Source: Massalongia carnosa (lineage: Eukaryota). Taken from it: a stretch of 64,000 bases of DNA. Below are positions 11,701 through 23,827 of this stretch, piece after piece. The notes beneath the pieces were generated by a model. It did no database searches. It saw nothing but the letters and a program-made list of their open reading frames with translations, and had not been told where the DNA came from. The DNA is taken from NCBI GenBank assembly GCA_965645245.1, contig OZ287074.1, positions 2,356,001-2,420,000 on the forward strand, read 5' to 3'. A program made the position numbers and the translations under genes. The stretch's first letter is position 1. Each line of letters starts with the position of its first letter.

Positions 11701-13811
11701 TAGCCGACCTGACCTCTGGGTCATCAACTGCTCCTTTTACAGGCCAATTTACTAGTAATTCCGAGCAGTCGATCAAATCCGCACCAGGACAGGTACCTCA
11801 GGAACCTAGACCACCACCTCCACCAACATCATCATCCCGACCATCCCGAAACACCTCTCGACCCGATTATGCTAAATTAGCTGATCCATGGTCTAAGAAA
11901 GGAGGTAACAAGGGATTCGCATTGAGAGCTCTTAAGGCCTCCTTAAACGACCTCACCGTCCCCAGCACCTACAAGGAGGCCATTCAGTCTTCAGAGGCTA
12001 CCGAATGGATCCGAGCATCAGAGGAGGTTGAATCTCATTCAATCAACGGGACCTGGGACCTGGAAATTCCCCCACCTGGTAGGAAGATCCTCCCTGGTAG
12101 ATGGGTTTATACCACCAAACTCGGTCCGGATGGGGAAATATCTCGATATAAGGCCCGATGGGTAGGTAAAGTTTTTTGCCAGATAGAAGGCATTGACTAT
12201 AATTAAATCTATGCCAGCGTGGTCAAATCAATGACATGGAAGGCCCTGCTGGCTATAGCGGCTAGATATGACCTGGAGGTCGAACAGATCGACGTGGTCG
12301 CCTCTTTCCTTGAGGCCCCTCTAAAAGAGGAGGTCTGGATGGAACAACCCCATGGGTTTGACAAACCAGGGGGATATGCCAGTCGCTTGAAGAAGGCCTT
12401 GTATGGTCTCAAGCAGGCCCCCCGTGAATGGTATTCCACCCTCACTGACTATCTTATCACCATGGGCTATAGGAGAGTGGACGAGGACTATTCGGTCTAT
12501 ATTCATCAGCAAAATGGCATCATAATAGCGATTTATGTGGATGATCTACTTCTCATCGGACCCTCTCTTTCGGACATCAGTCTTTTGAAGACTAAATTGT
12601 CTCACCGATTCCGGATCAAGGATCTCGGACCAATTAATTTCTATTTAGGGATGCACGTCACTCGGGACCGGCCAAATAGAAGAATATGTGTTCATCAATC
12701 GGCGTACATTAGGCGGATCATCGATGCAGTCGACATGTCCGATTGCAAATCCGTCAAAACACCCATGGAGACCAATCTTCTTCTGGTCAAGAATTACTAT
12801 AAAGGCAAGATATACGAGGCCACAAATAGAGAGATCAAGGCATATCAAATGCTTATTGGATCTCTATTGTGGTTAGCATGTATGACTCGGCCGGATATTG
12901 CTTACTCGGTGAATCGCTGCAGTAGATATTCAATCAATCCTACCCCCTATCAAGGCGCAATCTTAAAAAGAATAATTCGATATTTGGCTGGAACAAGGGA
13001 CCTAGGCCTATGTTTTGGATCCTCCTATGAGGCTATTCACACTGATTTAATCGGTTATACTGATGCCTCTTATGGAGACTGTCTGGACACCAGGAGATCC
13101 ACTTCCGCCTATGTCTTCCTCCTGAACAGCGGACCAATCAGCTGGTCAACGAAACGCCAGGCCTCGCTGGCCACCTCCACAGCTGAGGCTGAGTATATGG
13201 GGGAGTGCCATGCTGGCAAGGAGGCTGTCTTCTTGGCGAATGCCTTGAAATCCTTGATATGGTGTCAATGGCCCCGTTCCCCTGAAAGCTGACAATAAGG
13301 CGGCTATAAAGCTAGCCGACAACCCCATCAATCATCCTCGGGCCAAACACATCGATATCCAGTATCATAAGACGAGGGAGCTGATCGCTGAGGGAGCTAT
13401 TCAAATTAGCTATGTGCCCACTAAGGATATGATAGCTGATGGACTAACCAAGCCTCTACCGTGGATCTCCTTTCGAAGGTTCATCGATCAGATGAATATG
13501 ACCACTGCCCCTGAGGCATCAAATCAATGAGGTTGATTCAAACTTCTGGAGGTTGGAACCTTCCTATTGTGAGGGAGCTTTGGCTTGACAATAGCGACGG
13601 TCCACCTAGCCTTATCGGAGGCTGGCCTTACAATAGGCCGGCCCCCTGAATCCTAATGCGGTAAGGTGGTTAAGGAGGTGTTTGCTATAGCAAACAATCT
13701 GGTCAATAAGGTCCTCGGGAGGACCCCCTCGAACTTCCTTCCTTCTAGATAGCATTAATATAATCACCTTTCAAAGCCTTCAGTCTGCCACTAAGCCTCC
13801 TGTAATCAAAG
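8749..13811 (+). mobile_element. Ty1/copia LTR retrotransposon, full length, decayed
   Basis: LTRs 8749-8981 and 13578-13811; PBS GGTTATGAGCCC 8982-8993; PPT GAGGGAG 13571-13577; TSD GTCTG (8744-8748 and 13812-13816). Confidence 0.96.
9116..13530 (+). pseudogene. copia gag-pol polyprotein (PR-IN-RT-RH order)
   Basis: WWIDSAS (protease); WHRRLAH..CPSC, HTDI, RSDN and NGVAER (integrase); YVDD (RT); YTDAS (RNase H). Several stops and frameshifts. Confidence 0.93.
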
Positions 13812-16800
13812 GTCTGGGGGTGCTAAAAATTTCTTGGAGATCGAGCACCTTCCGGCCTATCCAGATAGTCTCCATGCGCAATCGATGGTGCCTGACGCAC
13901 TCCAGAAGCATATGGTAAACTGTTTGATAACCGAAGCCGCATGGATATTCGCCCGTTTCGGTGCGGCCTATATCTGAGAGATACTTGCGGAGACCAATCT
14001 TACCTGTTCTCATCTGCACCAGGGTGGAACTCATTGACTTGTAAAGTCCCTGATAGAGTTGCAAGACCTTGTTAGTGGGCTGGGGGAGGAGCTTTTTCGT
14101 CATCTGTCCGCGTTTTTCTGCCTCCCAATCCCCAGCCCATTCTTTGCTGATCATTGTCCTCATGTTGCGTTTTATCGCTGACTTCACTGTGTGTCCAAGG
14201 AAGTCGAGGTGGGTGATGGAGGGACTCTGGCCAGGTTCTAACCAGCCTGATGCTTCTTTTGCTGCTTGGTCTGCTATCTCGTTGCCTTCTACTCCCATAT
14301 GCCCAGGTATCTAGCAGAGTCTGACTCTGGCCTGCATCTCCCGGCATGCGTGGAGTTTTCCAATGATCTCGCGTAGTATGAACTGACCTGATTGAGTTCC
14401 GGGTCGGCTACTGATTTGATGGCTGATTGATTATCTGCAAAAACCGTTATTATCTCCCCTTGCCATCGTCCAATAGCCGCCGCCAGTCCCAAGTCGATGC
14501 CCACTAGTTCCGCGAGGAAAACTGTGGCTTCTTTGTTCGTTCCGAGGCGGGTTCCTACCGGTGTGTTGTCGCTCGAGATGACCGCTGCCGCACCAACTCC
14601 GAAGGGGTTATCACTCCCATCCGTGTATATGACTATTTGGTTCGGCTCTGATGTCATCTTGTCATGCTCTTTGATTGCTTTCTCTTTACTGGAAGCAATG
14701 TGCGTTTCGAGGGGAGACCACCATGGTTCCACTATGAATGGAAGAATGACCTCTAACCGCCAGGATTGAGGGCATTTCCCCGAAGTCATTAAGCGGGACT
14801 CTAGCTTAGCTAGAGGGCTCCAGTATCGATAGTGGGAGTCCGCTTGGCTTGTCCAGGCGCGGATCTCACGTATTATGGCGTAAAGGGGGCTTGAACGTAT
14901 GCGCAGTAGTGACTCGTTCACTGCCTGCTCCATGCGTTGCCGGCCAGGCAGGAGGTGAAGCTCCATATCCAAGGCCGGGCCCGCGGTTGTTCTAAATGCC
15001 CCTGAAATGATCAGTGTCGCCCGTCGCTGAATAGATCTGACGGCTTTGAGCACGGCGGTTGCTTGCGTGATAGTCCCGTATCCGCCCTCGGGAACATACC
15101 ATGCAGAGCATCCAAAGGTGAGTTGCGGTAGTATGGTGGCTTGATAGATCCTTCGAAGGCTCGCAAGACTGGTGCCCCATGTGGAGCCCGCAAGGCTGCC
15201 TAGGGCCCCCAGTCTCTTTGAGGTTTTGGCTTCCAGTTTCCTTAAATGGGCGTGCCATTTGAGCTTGTCGTCGAATGTGGCGCCCAGGTAGGTGGCGGTA
15301 TGCTGTGGCTTGATTGTTTTGCCCGCTAGGGAGATAGCTCTCTCCGGGGGGTTCAAATCCGTCTCTGAGGGTCCTTTGATAAAGTGCAAGAGCTGGAATT
15401 TGGCGGGGGCAAATTTGGAGGCGTGTGTGTCCATTTCTGCTCCCTCGTCATGAAGGAGGCTTCGAGATTTCTACAGTTCTGTTCTGCTGAAGTTCCAATA
15501 CTTAGTTTGGATATGTCATCGACATAGCCCAAGTTCATCTTTTTGGGCCCTTCCTCTTCCATAATGTCGGCGTTGTAGAAGAGATAAAGAATAGGAGATA
15601 TAGGGGATCCCTGAAGGACTCCAAAGTTCGTGGTGAATGGTTGCGAGGTGTAGTCGGGCATGGCGATGGTCGTTTTCCTTTCCTGAAGGAAGCTTTCGAT
15701 CCATTTAGCTATGTTGCCGCCTATTCTTCTCTTCCACTTCGTTGTTAAGCCAGGCTGCGTGGATGGCCTCTAGGAGCAGATGGAGGGCGTTTTCGGGTGA
15801 TCTAGCTCGCCTGCCGCCTATATGGAGTCTGGGGAGTAAGCTCTCGGTCTCCACCGCGTGATTGATTCTGGTTGCAATGATCTTCTCCATAGTCTTATCT
15901 AAAGTGTTGAGCAAGGCTATGGGTCTGTATGAATTCGGCAAACTGTAGTCGGCCTTAGCTGGTTTTCTGAGAACCACCGTGGTGGATTCTCCGAAAGTAT
16001 TGGGGTGATGACCTAGTTCCTAGCTGGCATTATACAGAGCTACAAGTGTGGGCATGATGAGCGGTAACACATCTCTGAGGATTCTATTAAGCAGTCCGTC
16101 GGGGCCTGGGGCCGAGAGTGGTGCTGCCTTTGTGATGGCTTTAGTTATTTCCCGAGCTGAGATGGGAGCAAATTGGATTGGCTCTGGATAGTGATAATCG
16201 GCGATGTCTTCAAGATTGGTGGCGTCCGGGATAGGAAAAAACTGTCTGCGAAGCAGTTCAGCCTTGCCCGAGGCCTCCGTCACTTTGGAGCCATCGATTT
16301 TCATTAGGGTTGGGGTGAAGGCTTGGAACGGGGTCGACCTGTTCTTAGCCCATTTCGCAAGCTTCCAGAGACCATCTGGAGTGCTGGTGGCCTCCTCTAC
16401 CCTGTCCCTATGTGTTGTCTTGAGAGCTTTTTGTACGATTTTGTTTTTGCTGTTTCTCGCCTCTCGGTAGGCTTCCCAGTCTTCCAGAGAGCGCGTTTCC
16501 TTATGCTTGCGCCTGAGACGTCTGCATAGGGTGACTGCCTCTTTGCATTCCGGGGTAAAGCCAGGTTTTGAATGATTGCACCCTCTAGAAAGTGGGACTG
16601 CTGTCTCCACTGCGTGCTGGATAGCTTCAACTAACTCATGGGCCAAGTTGTCGAGTTCTTGAACTGTGCTCACGCTCCTAGGTGCCGGGAGCTTGTCTGT
16701 CATCGTGTCTAGTAGCTTTTCCCTATCAGTCTTAGACCACATGCGAGAGGACCTTATGGCCCTCTTAACTGTAGTGATATCGAATGCTGTGCCAATGGAG

Positions 16801-17490
16801 TAGTGATCTGAGTCACAGTCCAACTCTCTTCTCACATCACACATGAGTACGGCTGAAGCCACTGCGGGGGTTGCGAACGTTAAGTCTATCGTGCTCTGTC
16901 CTGATCTATGATCGTATGTTATGGTGCCAGGGGGGAGCAGAAGTTCTAGCTCGCTTTGATCGAGAATCTCCAGTAGTTGGTCTGCCTCCGGATGTTGATG
17001 TGGTAGTCTTCGCCAGTCCATAGGAGATGGTGAAGATTGAAGTCCCCTACCACTATGTGTTCTCCCTCCACCTCTAGCGCCTTGCTTAGGTCTGGCAAGG
17101 TGCTGTAGTTTCCATGAGAGGGGGAGGGATTGTAGATGTTATGGATATTGATGACTCGCTGGGTTTCGCCAGGAAATTCCAAGTGCAAAGTCATCAGATC
17201 GGGAGAGTGGAAGGTTACCTTCCAAGAGGCGCTTGCTATGTCTTTGTTGATGAACATGCATACTCTCGGAGGGAGCTCTTGTTCTCCTGTTTCGGGGGGA
17301 TAGAGAAGGTGAAAACCATTTTTGACCGGATTGTGCGTGGTGTGTTGATAGGGGTTCCCCGCCCAGGGTTCTTGGATAGCCAGGATGCCGTATTTCATGG
17401 TTTCCTCCCTGCGAAGGAAGTCCGCCATGACAGTGTTCTTGGATTTGTTGCAGTTGTACTGAAGTATGGACAGATAGTGGGTGTATTCAC

Positions 17491-18721
17491 TCATAGTTCC
17501 TTTTCTGTCTGAGTACTGGGCTGCAAGCGACAGGTTGCCGATCTGGTGGTCATTGAAGAACTATCGTCGTTCTCCTTATCACTCAAGACCTCCACAGCCT
17601 TCGAGGAGGGTTTCTTCTTTCCCTTCTTAGAAGCTGCTTGTGCCATGCTCCTGTTGGTAGAGCTGGGGTTGTCTGCCAGGGGCTCTACCTCCCCATACGC
17701 CCGCTTCTTCCCCTTGCGGAGAGTTGGCACGGTTTGCCAATCTTTCTCTCGTACAGAGCCCGTTCAAGGGCCCCGTTCCACCTGGGTTGAGGCTGGGTCA
17801 CCTCACTGCTTGTCGTGACCGTCGGCGTGGTCGATGCCGGCGGACTGCTCCGTTCTTGTTCCTGACCATTTAAGGTTTCCCTTTGTTGAGGATAGCCGAG
17901 ATGTCTGCTTATAGAAAATGGCACTAACCCCAATGCGCACTAGCTATTGGAAGTATTTGGATTGGCCACCTTGGGATTTATCATCAACATCCCGCGTCTG
18001 ATATTCTAGGAGACATTCGAACATTCTACAGTGGATTGATAATGAGGCAAATATGTCAGCTTTGGAACTCCGACAAAGACGAGCTTACATATCAGCATTT
18101 GACTGACCGATCACATAGAAAGTGGGAGAATCGTGCTCAAGGCAGGCAGCGGTATATAATGGGCTATATGCCCCCATAGATAGCCTCAGTCATTTTCAAT
18201 CAATCATTAGTAGCCTGCCATTGGATCAGCTTGATCATCGCACGTACTTTTTGCTGTTGTTTCCTACTTCCACCCCTATGATCCGTAGCCTCCGCAACAC
18301 CCTTGAGGAGGCCCTGAGAGCCATAAGGGGAGAGCTTCTTCTTTGGCCCGCTTCATTCGGGCCTTTTCCTTCTTTCGCTCCGGGCAAGACTCTGCGCTTG
18401 CTCGTGGCCCTCCTTGCCACACGCATTGCATTTGAGAGTGACCGATTTACAATCGGTCATGTGGTGACTTTCGGAACATTTGAAGCATGTTTGATGCTTC
18501 TGTCGGCAAGTATGGCTCGTGTGACCATACTTACCGCACCGGAAACATTGCCTAAGCCTGGCCTCCGGAACATGTCTTTCCACCGCGAAAGATCTCCCAT
18601 CCAAATATAGCTGCGAGGCCAAAATGGCGTTGCAGTCTAATTCGTTCTCAAAGTATACCACCATGGATCTAGCTGTGGCTCCTGTCTTACTCGTGCGGGA
18701 CAACCATTCTACTCCTGTTAG
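17491..18721 (-). pseudogene. LINE copy 2 ORF1, 3' part
   Basis: CFRCGKYGHTSHTC, CFKCSESHHMTDC and CNACGKEGH; interrupted by solo LTR 17884-18299 and cut at 18721. Confidence 0.82.
17884..18299. mobile_element. Solo LTR (416 bp), family also at 62770-63185
   Basis: TGTTG...CAACA termini with TSD CCCTT; near-identical second copy. Confidence 0.92.
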
Positions 18722-18913
18722 TGTCAAATTATAGGATAACTAATCCTAAACATCAGTGGTAACTCAGGATGATATATCCGAAGGGTTATTCCGGCCCGAC
18801 TAGACACGTGGCCTCCCCCCTTAGATAGATTCCCACTTTTCCACATCCTCCACAATACAATCAACATCTACCCAATTCCCTGATTATGCCTTTTGACCCT
18901 TATATATTTGACA
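18722..18913. mobile_element. Solo LTR (192 bp) without matching TSD
   Basis: TGTCAAA...TTTGACA termini; same family as the split copy 34642-48331. Flanks GTTAG and GCTAT differ. Confidence 0.88.
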
Positions 18914-19304
18914 GCTATTTTAGTGCCTTAGTGGGAGTGTAAGAATGTACAAATCAGGCTACTTCATTTCAGCCGCACTCACCTTCTACCGCACGAGTAT
19001 GGCGCACGCTAATGGCTAGACGTATCGCTAGTCTAATACTAGGATACCGTACATTGTCTATAAATCTAGAACAAAAGCAAGCGTTCTATCCTCTATTGAC
19101 TATATATTACTATACTGCCTTTTGATAACATCAGGTTCTGAACATCAGACGGCCCATTTCCGAAAAGCTACTTATGCTACTTTCGGGTTGATAGATGCAG
19201 ATATGTCAAGGGACCGTGAACTAAGCCGAGGAGAAGATAATTAACCTCGACTATGATTTCCCTTACTGTGGCGGGCTTTATCACGATATGAAGATCAGCC
19301 GGTC

Positions 19305-19500
19305 ATGAATGACAACAGGCTTGTAGCGTTCAATGAACACGAAGTCATCCTGAGAATGATCGAGGATGCTAAATTGGTAGATCTGGAGGCACAAGATCAG
19401 CACAAGCGGACAGCGTTAATTTGGGCAGCAGAAGTAGGCCACGAGAAGGTTGTGGAGATGTTGCTGGACAAGGGCGCGGAGGTGAATGCTCAAGGGAGAG
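19305..19500 (+). pseudogene. Ankyrin-repeat gene fragment
   Basis: DLEAQDQHKRTALIWAAEVGHEKVVEMLLDKGAEVNAQG is an ankyrin repeat; no complete gene is visible. Confidence 0.7.
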
Positions 19501-19780
19501 GGTTTGACGACTTCCTGCTATTTGAAACAGTTAGAGCGCACCGCTTAGGCCTCTCTGCTAACGCGGGCGAGTGTAAAACCTAGGGGTAGTCGCGTGCGTC
19601 AGCGAGCTTGATCATTCTGTCACTCATGTTCTGAGCTTTCAGCTTTGGACAAAACAAAAAGTAGTATTCTTACACTGCTTTGTTCATCAACCGCTCAGAA
19701 GATCAAGTTTCAAGGGTAGTGGGATTTAGTTCTGAATTATATGAATCGCTTTAAGACTCCAGTGATAAACTCTCCATCTG

Positions 19781-22226
19781 CTACTCATTGAGATACTTAA
19801 GCGAAGATTCTGTATGAGAATGTTGAGGACCTAGCTTGTGTTTTTGGAGCTGAAAACATTCCTTTAGCAGTGAGAGAGCCTCATCATTGCGGCCTTGAGA
19901 CTTCCACGTGAATGCAAGGTTGCTCATGCTAGTCAGCGTGGAAGGATGCTCCGCCCCTAGCACCCTCTTTATCGTCTCTATCACTTGCACCTGCAGCTCT
20001 TCGGCCTCCGTCCATCGTCCTTGATTCCAATACGTCGACGCAAGATTGGCCATGCTAGCCAGCGTGGAAGGATGCTCCGCCCCTAGCACCGTCTTTCTCG
20101 TCTCCATCACTTGCACGTCCAGCTCTTCGGCCTCCGTCCATCGTTCTTGATTCCAATACGTCGACGCAAGATTGGCCATGCTAGCCAGCGTGGAAGGATG
20201 CTCCGCCCCTAGCACCCTCTTTCTCGTCTCCATCACTTGCACGTCCAGCTCTTCGGTCTCCGTCCATCGTCCTTGATTCCTGTACGTCGACGCAAGATTG
20301 GCCATGCTAGTCAGCGTGGAAGGATGCTCCGCCCCTAGCACCCTCGCACTCGTCGTCATCACTTGCACCTCCAGCTCTTCGGCCTTCGTCCATCGTCCTT
20401 GTCCCTTGTATACCGATGCTAGCATAGCCATACTATTCAATGTTTCTTCATCCTCTGGAGCAAGCACTTTTTGCCTGGTTCTTGTTGCTTTTAGGGCCAT
20501 TGTCGCTGCTTCAGCGTAACTCCCTTTCGCCCACGCATACCATGCAGCGTGATATAGTATCAAGGCCCAATCTTGTAATGAGCTTTCGACAGCTGGCTCC
20601 TGCGCTACTGCCGACTTTGCGTGAGGAAAAAAGGCTTGACACTTTGTCCAATTCTCGTAATCTCCCGTCGGAAATATTGTACTGAGATTCTTGATGTACT
20701 GCTGCTTCCATCTTTCGAGCTGATTGGATGCTTCTAGCCACTTTCTGATGGCTAGCTGCACTAGCCCGTGCATCTCAAAGGTGGTTTCATCCATGCTGAT
20801 GGTGATGAACGAGAAGTTTCTCAAGACAAGTATGTCGTCTTCAAACTCGTCGACACTGGAATCGGATACGGTATCCTTATCGCTATCGTCTTCGTGGTCA
20901 TCATCTTCGTCATTTCCAGCATTTTCTCCCGTATTTTCATTTCCTGCCTCGTTTTGTGTCTTGAGTAATGCCTCAGGAATTCCCTGTCGATCGAAAAAGC
21001 TCATAAGCGACAGCAGATTAGCTGCCGAAGGCTTGATCTGATGAATATGATCAAACGATATTTGCCAGGTTATAATGATTGAATTTTTAGCCTCCAGGTC
21101 CCTGCGAAGATGTCCCGCTTCGTGATTCAACAGACTGGTCTTTCTTTATCATTTTTATAGAACTCTTTTATGTACTGTCGAACAGAATATCTTGGTACTC
21201 TTTGTCGAATGTATGCGGCCGCTTGAACGATGGCAAGCGGCATGAATTCGAGTGCTGCTGCTAGCTCAGCAGTATCATCTCTTTCCATCTGTTCTCCCAG
21301 CTTCTTTTCAAGGAGCGCTAGCGCATGTGTATCGTCCATCGGCTCAACCGGTATTATGTCTCTTTCTTCTGCTAGCCGCAATGCCACGCTTTTAGTCCGG
21401 GAGGTGATGAGAATCGAGCCGTTTCAACTCTGAGGTAGATATGCCAACAGTGATTGCGTGAGCCCGCTTCTAATGCCGCCATCCTGCGCCTTCTGGCCTG
21501 TAGCATGAGTTTCGAAAAGCACAGTAGCTTCGTCGGCATTGTCGAGGACCAGAGCCCACTTTCCGTTCTTCTCGTCGCGTAACCACTTGTCAACTAGCCA
21601 GAATATGTCCGCCTTTGGGTCCTCCCTGCCACGAATCTTGACTTGCTCTGCAACATCCCGATAACCTTGCTCGATACGGGCTGCATTACTAGCGTGTATC
21701 CAGAATACCCACGTCGTCGGCAACAGCTCTCTGATTCGATAGCAGTACTCGATGGCAAGCTGCGACTTTCTTTGCGAAAGTAAGCTATTAAAACTAGTCT
21801 GAGGCCCTTTGGCTTACCCAAGGCCGCCTAGGCCGACAAGCGCTACCCTTGTTGCTGGCGCGGAGCACTTTTCGCGGATCTGATGAAGTAGCGTTCCGCG
21901 ATCGACGAAATCAGGGTCGCGGCGGAAAGGAACAGCAGATGATGGGATTGGTGGGGTATCGGGTCTTTCTACAGACGCAGAATGCTATCAGCCTCGGCTC
22001 ACAGGACGCTATATCATTGCGAATGGCGACTTGCCTGGATATTGAACAATATAGTTTGTCTGAGAGCCTAACCAGGATTTAGCATAAGATCAATATCGAT
22101 GTGAACAGAACGCAAACCAATCACTTTCGCATAGCCTGAGACGTCACCAATCACAGCGCCTTGGTTGCCAGAAATCGTGCCAAAATCCTTCGTGCCTGTA
22201 GAGACTACTGGTGTGTTACCGGCCAT
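19781..22226 (-). pseudogene. Fungal NLR: short N-terminal motif, NB-ARC-type STAND domain and TPR repeats; disrupted
   Basis: Predicted introns 22117-22068, 22034-21969 (GC-AG) and 21817-21770. VPFRRDPDFVDR, P-loop GLGGLGKS, Walker B LVLDNAD, SILITSR, MPLAIVQAAAYI and MHGLVQ, then TPRs. In-frame TGA at 21424 and a frameshift near 21140. Confidence 0.88.
19920..20405 (-). repeat. Near-identical 126-bp (42-aa) TPR repeats of the NLR
   Basis: GAAGGATGCTCCGCCCCTAGCACC recurs at 19941, 20067, 20193 and 20319. Confidence 0.95.
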
Positions 22227-22586
22227 TGCTGCGTCGGAAGATTGTAGACATTAGAACTCAGGGCTTATTGAATAAGACTGAAAACCCCTATCTTTACCGT
22301 CCTCAGGACCGCACCTAGGCTCGGTCAGAAACTCGACGCCCAAGACTTTCCAAAAGCACGATTCATCTATATAAATAAATATAGGCACGGACTCGCCGAT
22401 GGAAGGCCCATCATGCGGGCACGGCGGGATAGATGACTGGCTGATAGAGCCAAGGCTATGCACGTGCTCAAGCGCCTAGTCTCTCCATGCAGCAGTACTA
22501 CGGAGTACAATTATCTCGCATCAGTTATAGCGCTAAGTTTGAAGTACAAGGGTACGACTCCTCTGTGTTGCGATGACAACGCCAGC
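22227..22586. promoter_or_regulatory. Probable bidirectional promoter of the NLR/hydrolase pair
   Basis: 360 bp between divergent ATGs, with a central TATATAAATAAATA at about 22368-22381. Confidence 0.5.
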
Positions 22587-23827
22587 ATGGCCGAACCGTA
22601 CGGATTAGGCGACCCCCTCTTTGGTTCTCCAGACGCGAATATAGAGTACGCACCTGATGTCTCGTCCGGGTTGCTTGGTACTGACCATACAGCATTGGCT
22701 TCGTCCACGGGCTCGGCGGTGACAGAGTGAAAACCTGGACATGGGAGGGTCGCGATAGATCGCTGTTTTGGCCGCAAGATCTCTTACCTCAAGCCTGCCC
22801 AACAACTCGCATCCTTTCTTTTGGGTACAACGCGGACTTGCTCACTTCTATCCGTTTGTTGGGCCGAAATTCATCCCGGAGCATTTAGCTATTGATGATC
22901 ACGCAACTGCAATGTTCCAGAGCCTAATCGGTCTTCGCGAGAAAACGAAAACTGTAGGAATTGGCGCACCCCTTGTCTTTCCACCGGAAATACGCTAATA
23001 GGATGTCTATGTCCAGGCTGAACGTCCGATTATTTTCGTCTCGCACAGTCTAGGGGGTCTCGTTTGCGCCAATGCGTTGTCAAGGCACAATGGTACCGAC
23101 ATGGCTAGCACTAACCTCGTGGAGAGAACGATTGGAGTCGTCTTCCTTGGAACGCCCTTTGAAGGATCGTCAAAAGCAAAATGGGGAAGCAGAGCTCTAC
23201 AGATATTGGGCTGGATAAGCACCACGCATAAGCAGGATATAAAGGATCTTGAAGAGCGTTCGGCAAAGCTCATCAGCGTTAACGAAGCCTTTCAGAAATT
23301 CCTGAAAGCACGGGATCGTTCAGAATCAAGATAGTTTGTGGAAGTAGCTTGTTTCTTTGAACAGTATGCTATGTATAAGGGAGGGACGAAGATGGGATTT
23401 ATCGTGCCCAAGGAATCGGCTTGCCTGCCTGGTATCGATCCACAGTCGATCCAGGCGAACCATGTTGATATGTGCAAGTTTGAGGATGAATACCGAGAGA
23501 GATACAAGAAAATTTCACAAAAGTTGGTTCAATGGATATCGGATCTTGATAGTCGATCCAAGGGGTCTGGAGAGGATCGCCAGGTCTGACATCTCTTTCG
23601 CGCGCTTGAAGTTAGCTGAAAATCAACAGAAACATTTGGTTCGTATGGGCGATGTTAACTTTAGGGACAAAATCGATAGGTCATGCAAATAGTACGGCCA
23701 CAGAAGGGGTTAAGATAACTGGGAGTAGTATCACTGTAAGGATCACCTATCCTTTCGATAGCGATGTACAAGCTGACAGAACATAAAGAATACTTATCAT
23801 AGCATTAACTCAAAAGACTCTGTGTAG
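22587..23827 (+). pseudogene. SesB-like alpha/beta hydrolase with C-terminal low-complexity motif; disrupted
   Basis: Predicted introns 22646-22692, 22954-23016 and 23584-23629. DIGFVHGLGG, FWPQDLLP, RILSFGYNAD, nucleophile IIFVSHSLGG, FLGTPFEGS and ANHVDMCKF. Frameshift near 22838, TAG at 23332, frameshift near 23675. The 3' end is uncertain. Confidence 0.85.

Larger units (their letters stand above)
8652..17494 (-). pseudogene. LINE copy 2 ORF2 (APE-RT-RNase H), frameshifted and split by copia 8749-13811
   Basis: ORF pieces 16946-17494, 16020-17021, 15705-15977, 15353-15661, 14289-15434 and 13812-14298. The frame STPRLAKAASNFML..LLGQF is restored across the copia TSD and ends at TAA 8652. 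Confidence 0.9.
8453..18721 (-). mobile_element. Tad1-clade LINE copy 2 (with RNase H), 5'-truncated, interrupted by copia and a solo LTR
   Basis: Partial ORF1 zinc knuckles, APE, RT (GYVDD), RNase H (YTDGS, AELVGI, FADNQSA, GNEIAD), C-terminal LLGQF, and an (AATC)n tail at about 8455-8475. Confidence 0.93.

Noticed and set aside
18122..18610. ORFs 18122-18610 and 63008-63235 sharing an N-terminus
   Set aside because: They arise inside the 416-bp solo LTR and read into different flanks; not genes.
19920..20405. Regularly spaced repeats as a possible CRISPR array
   Set aside because: They are contiguous in-frame 126-bp TPR units with no unique spacers, in a eukaryotic context.
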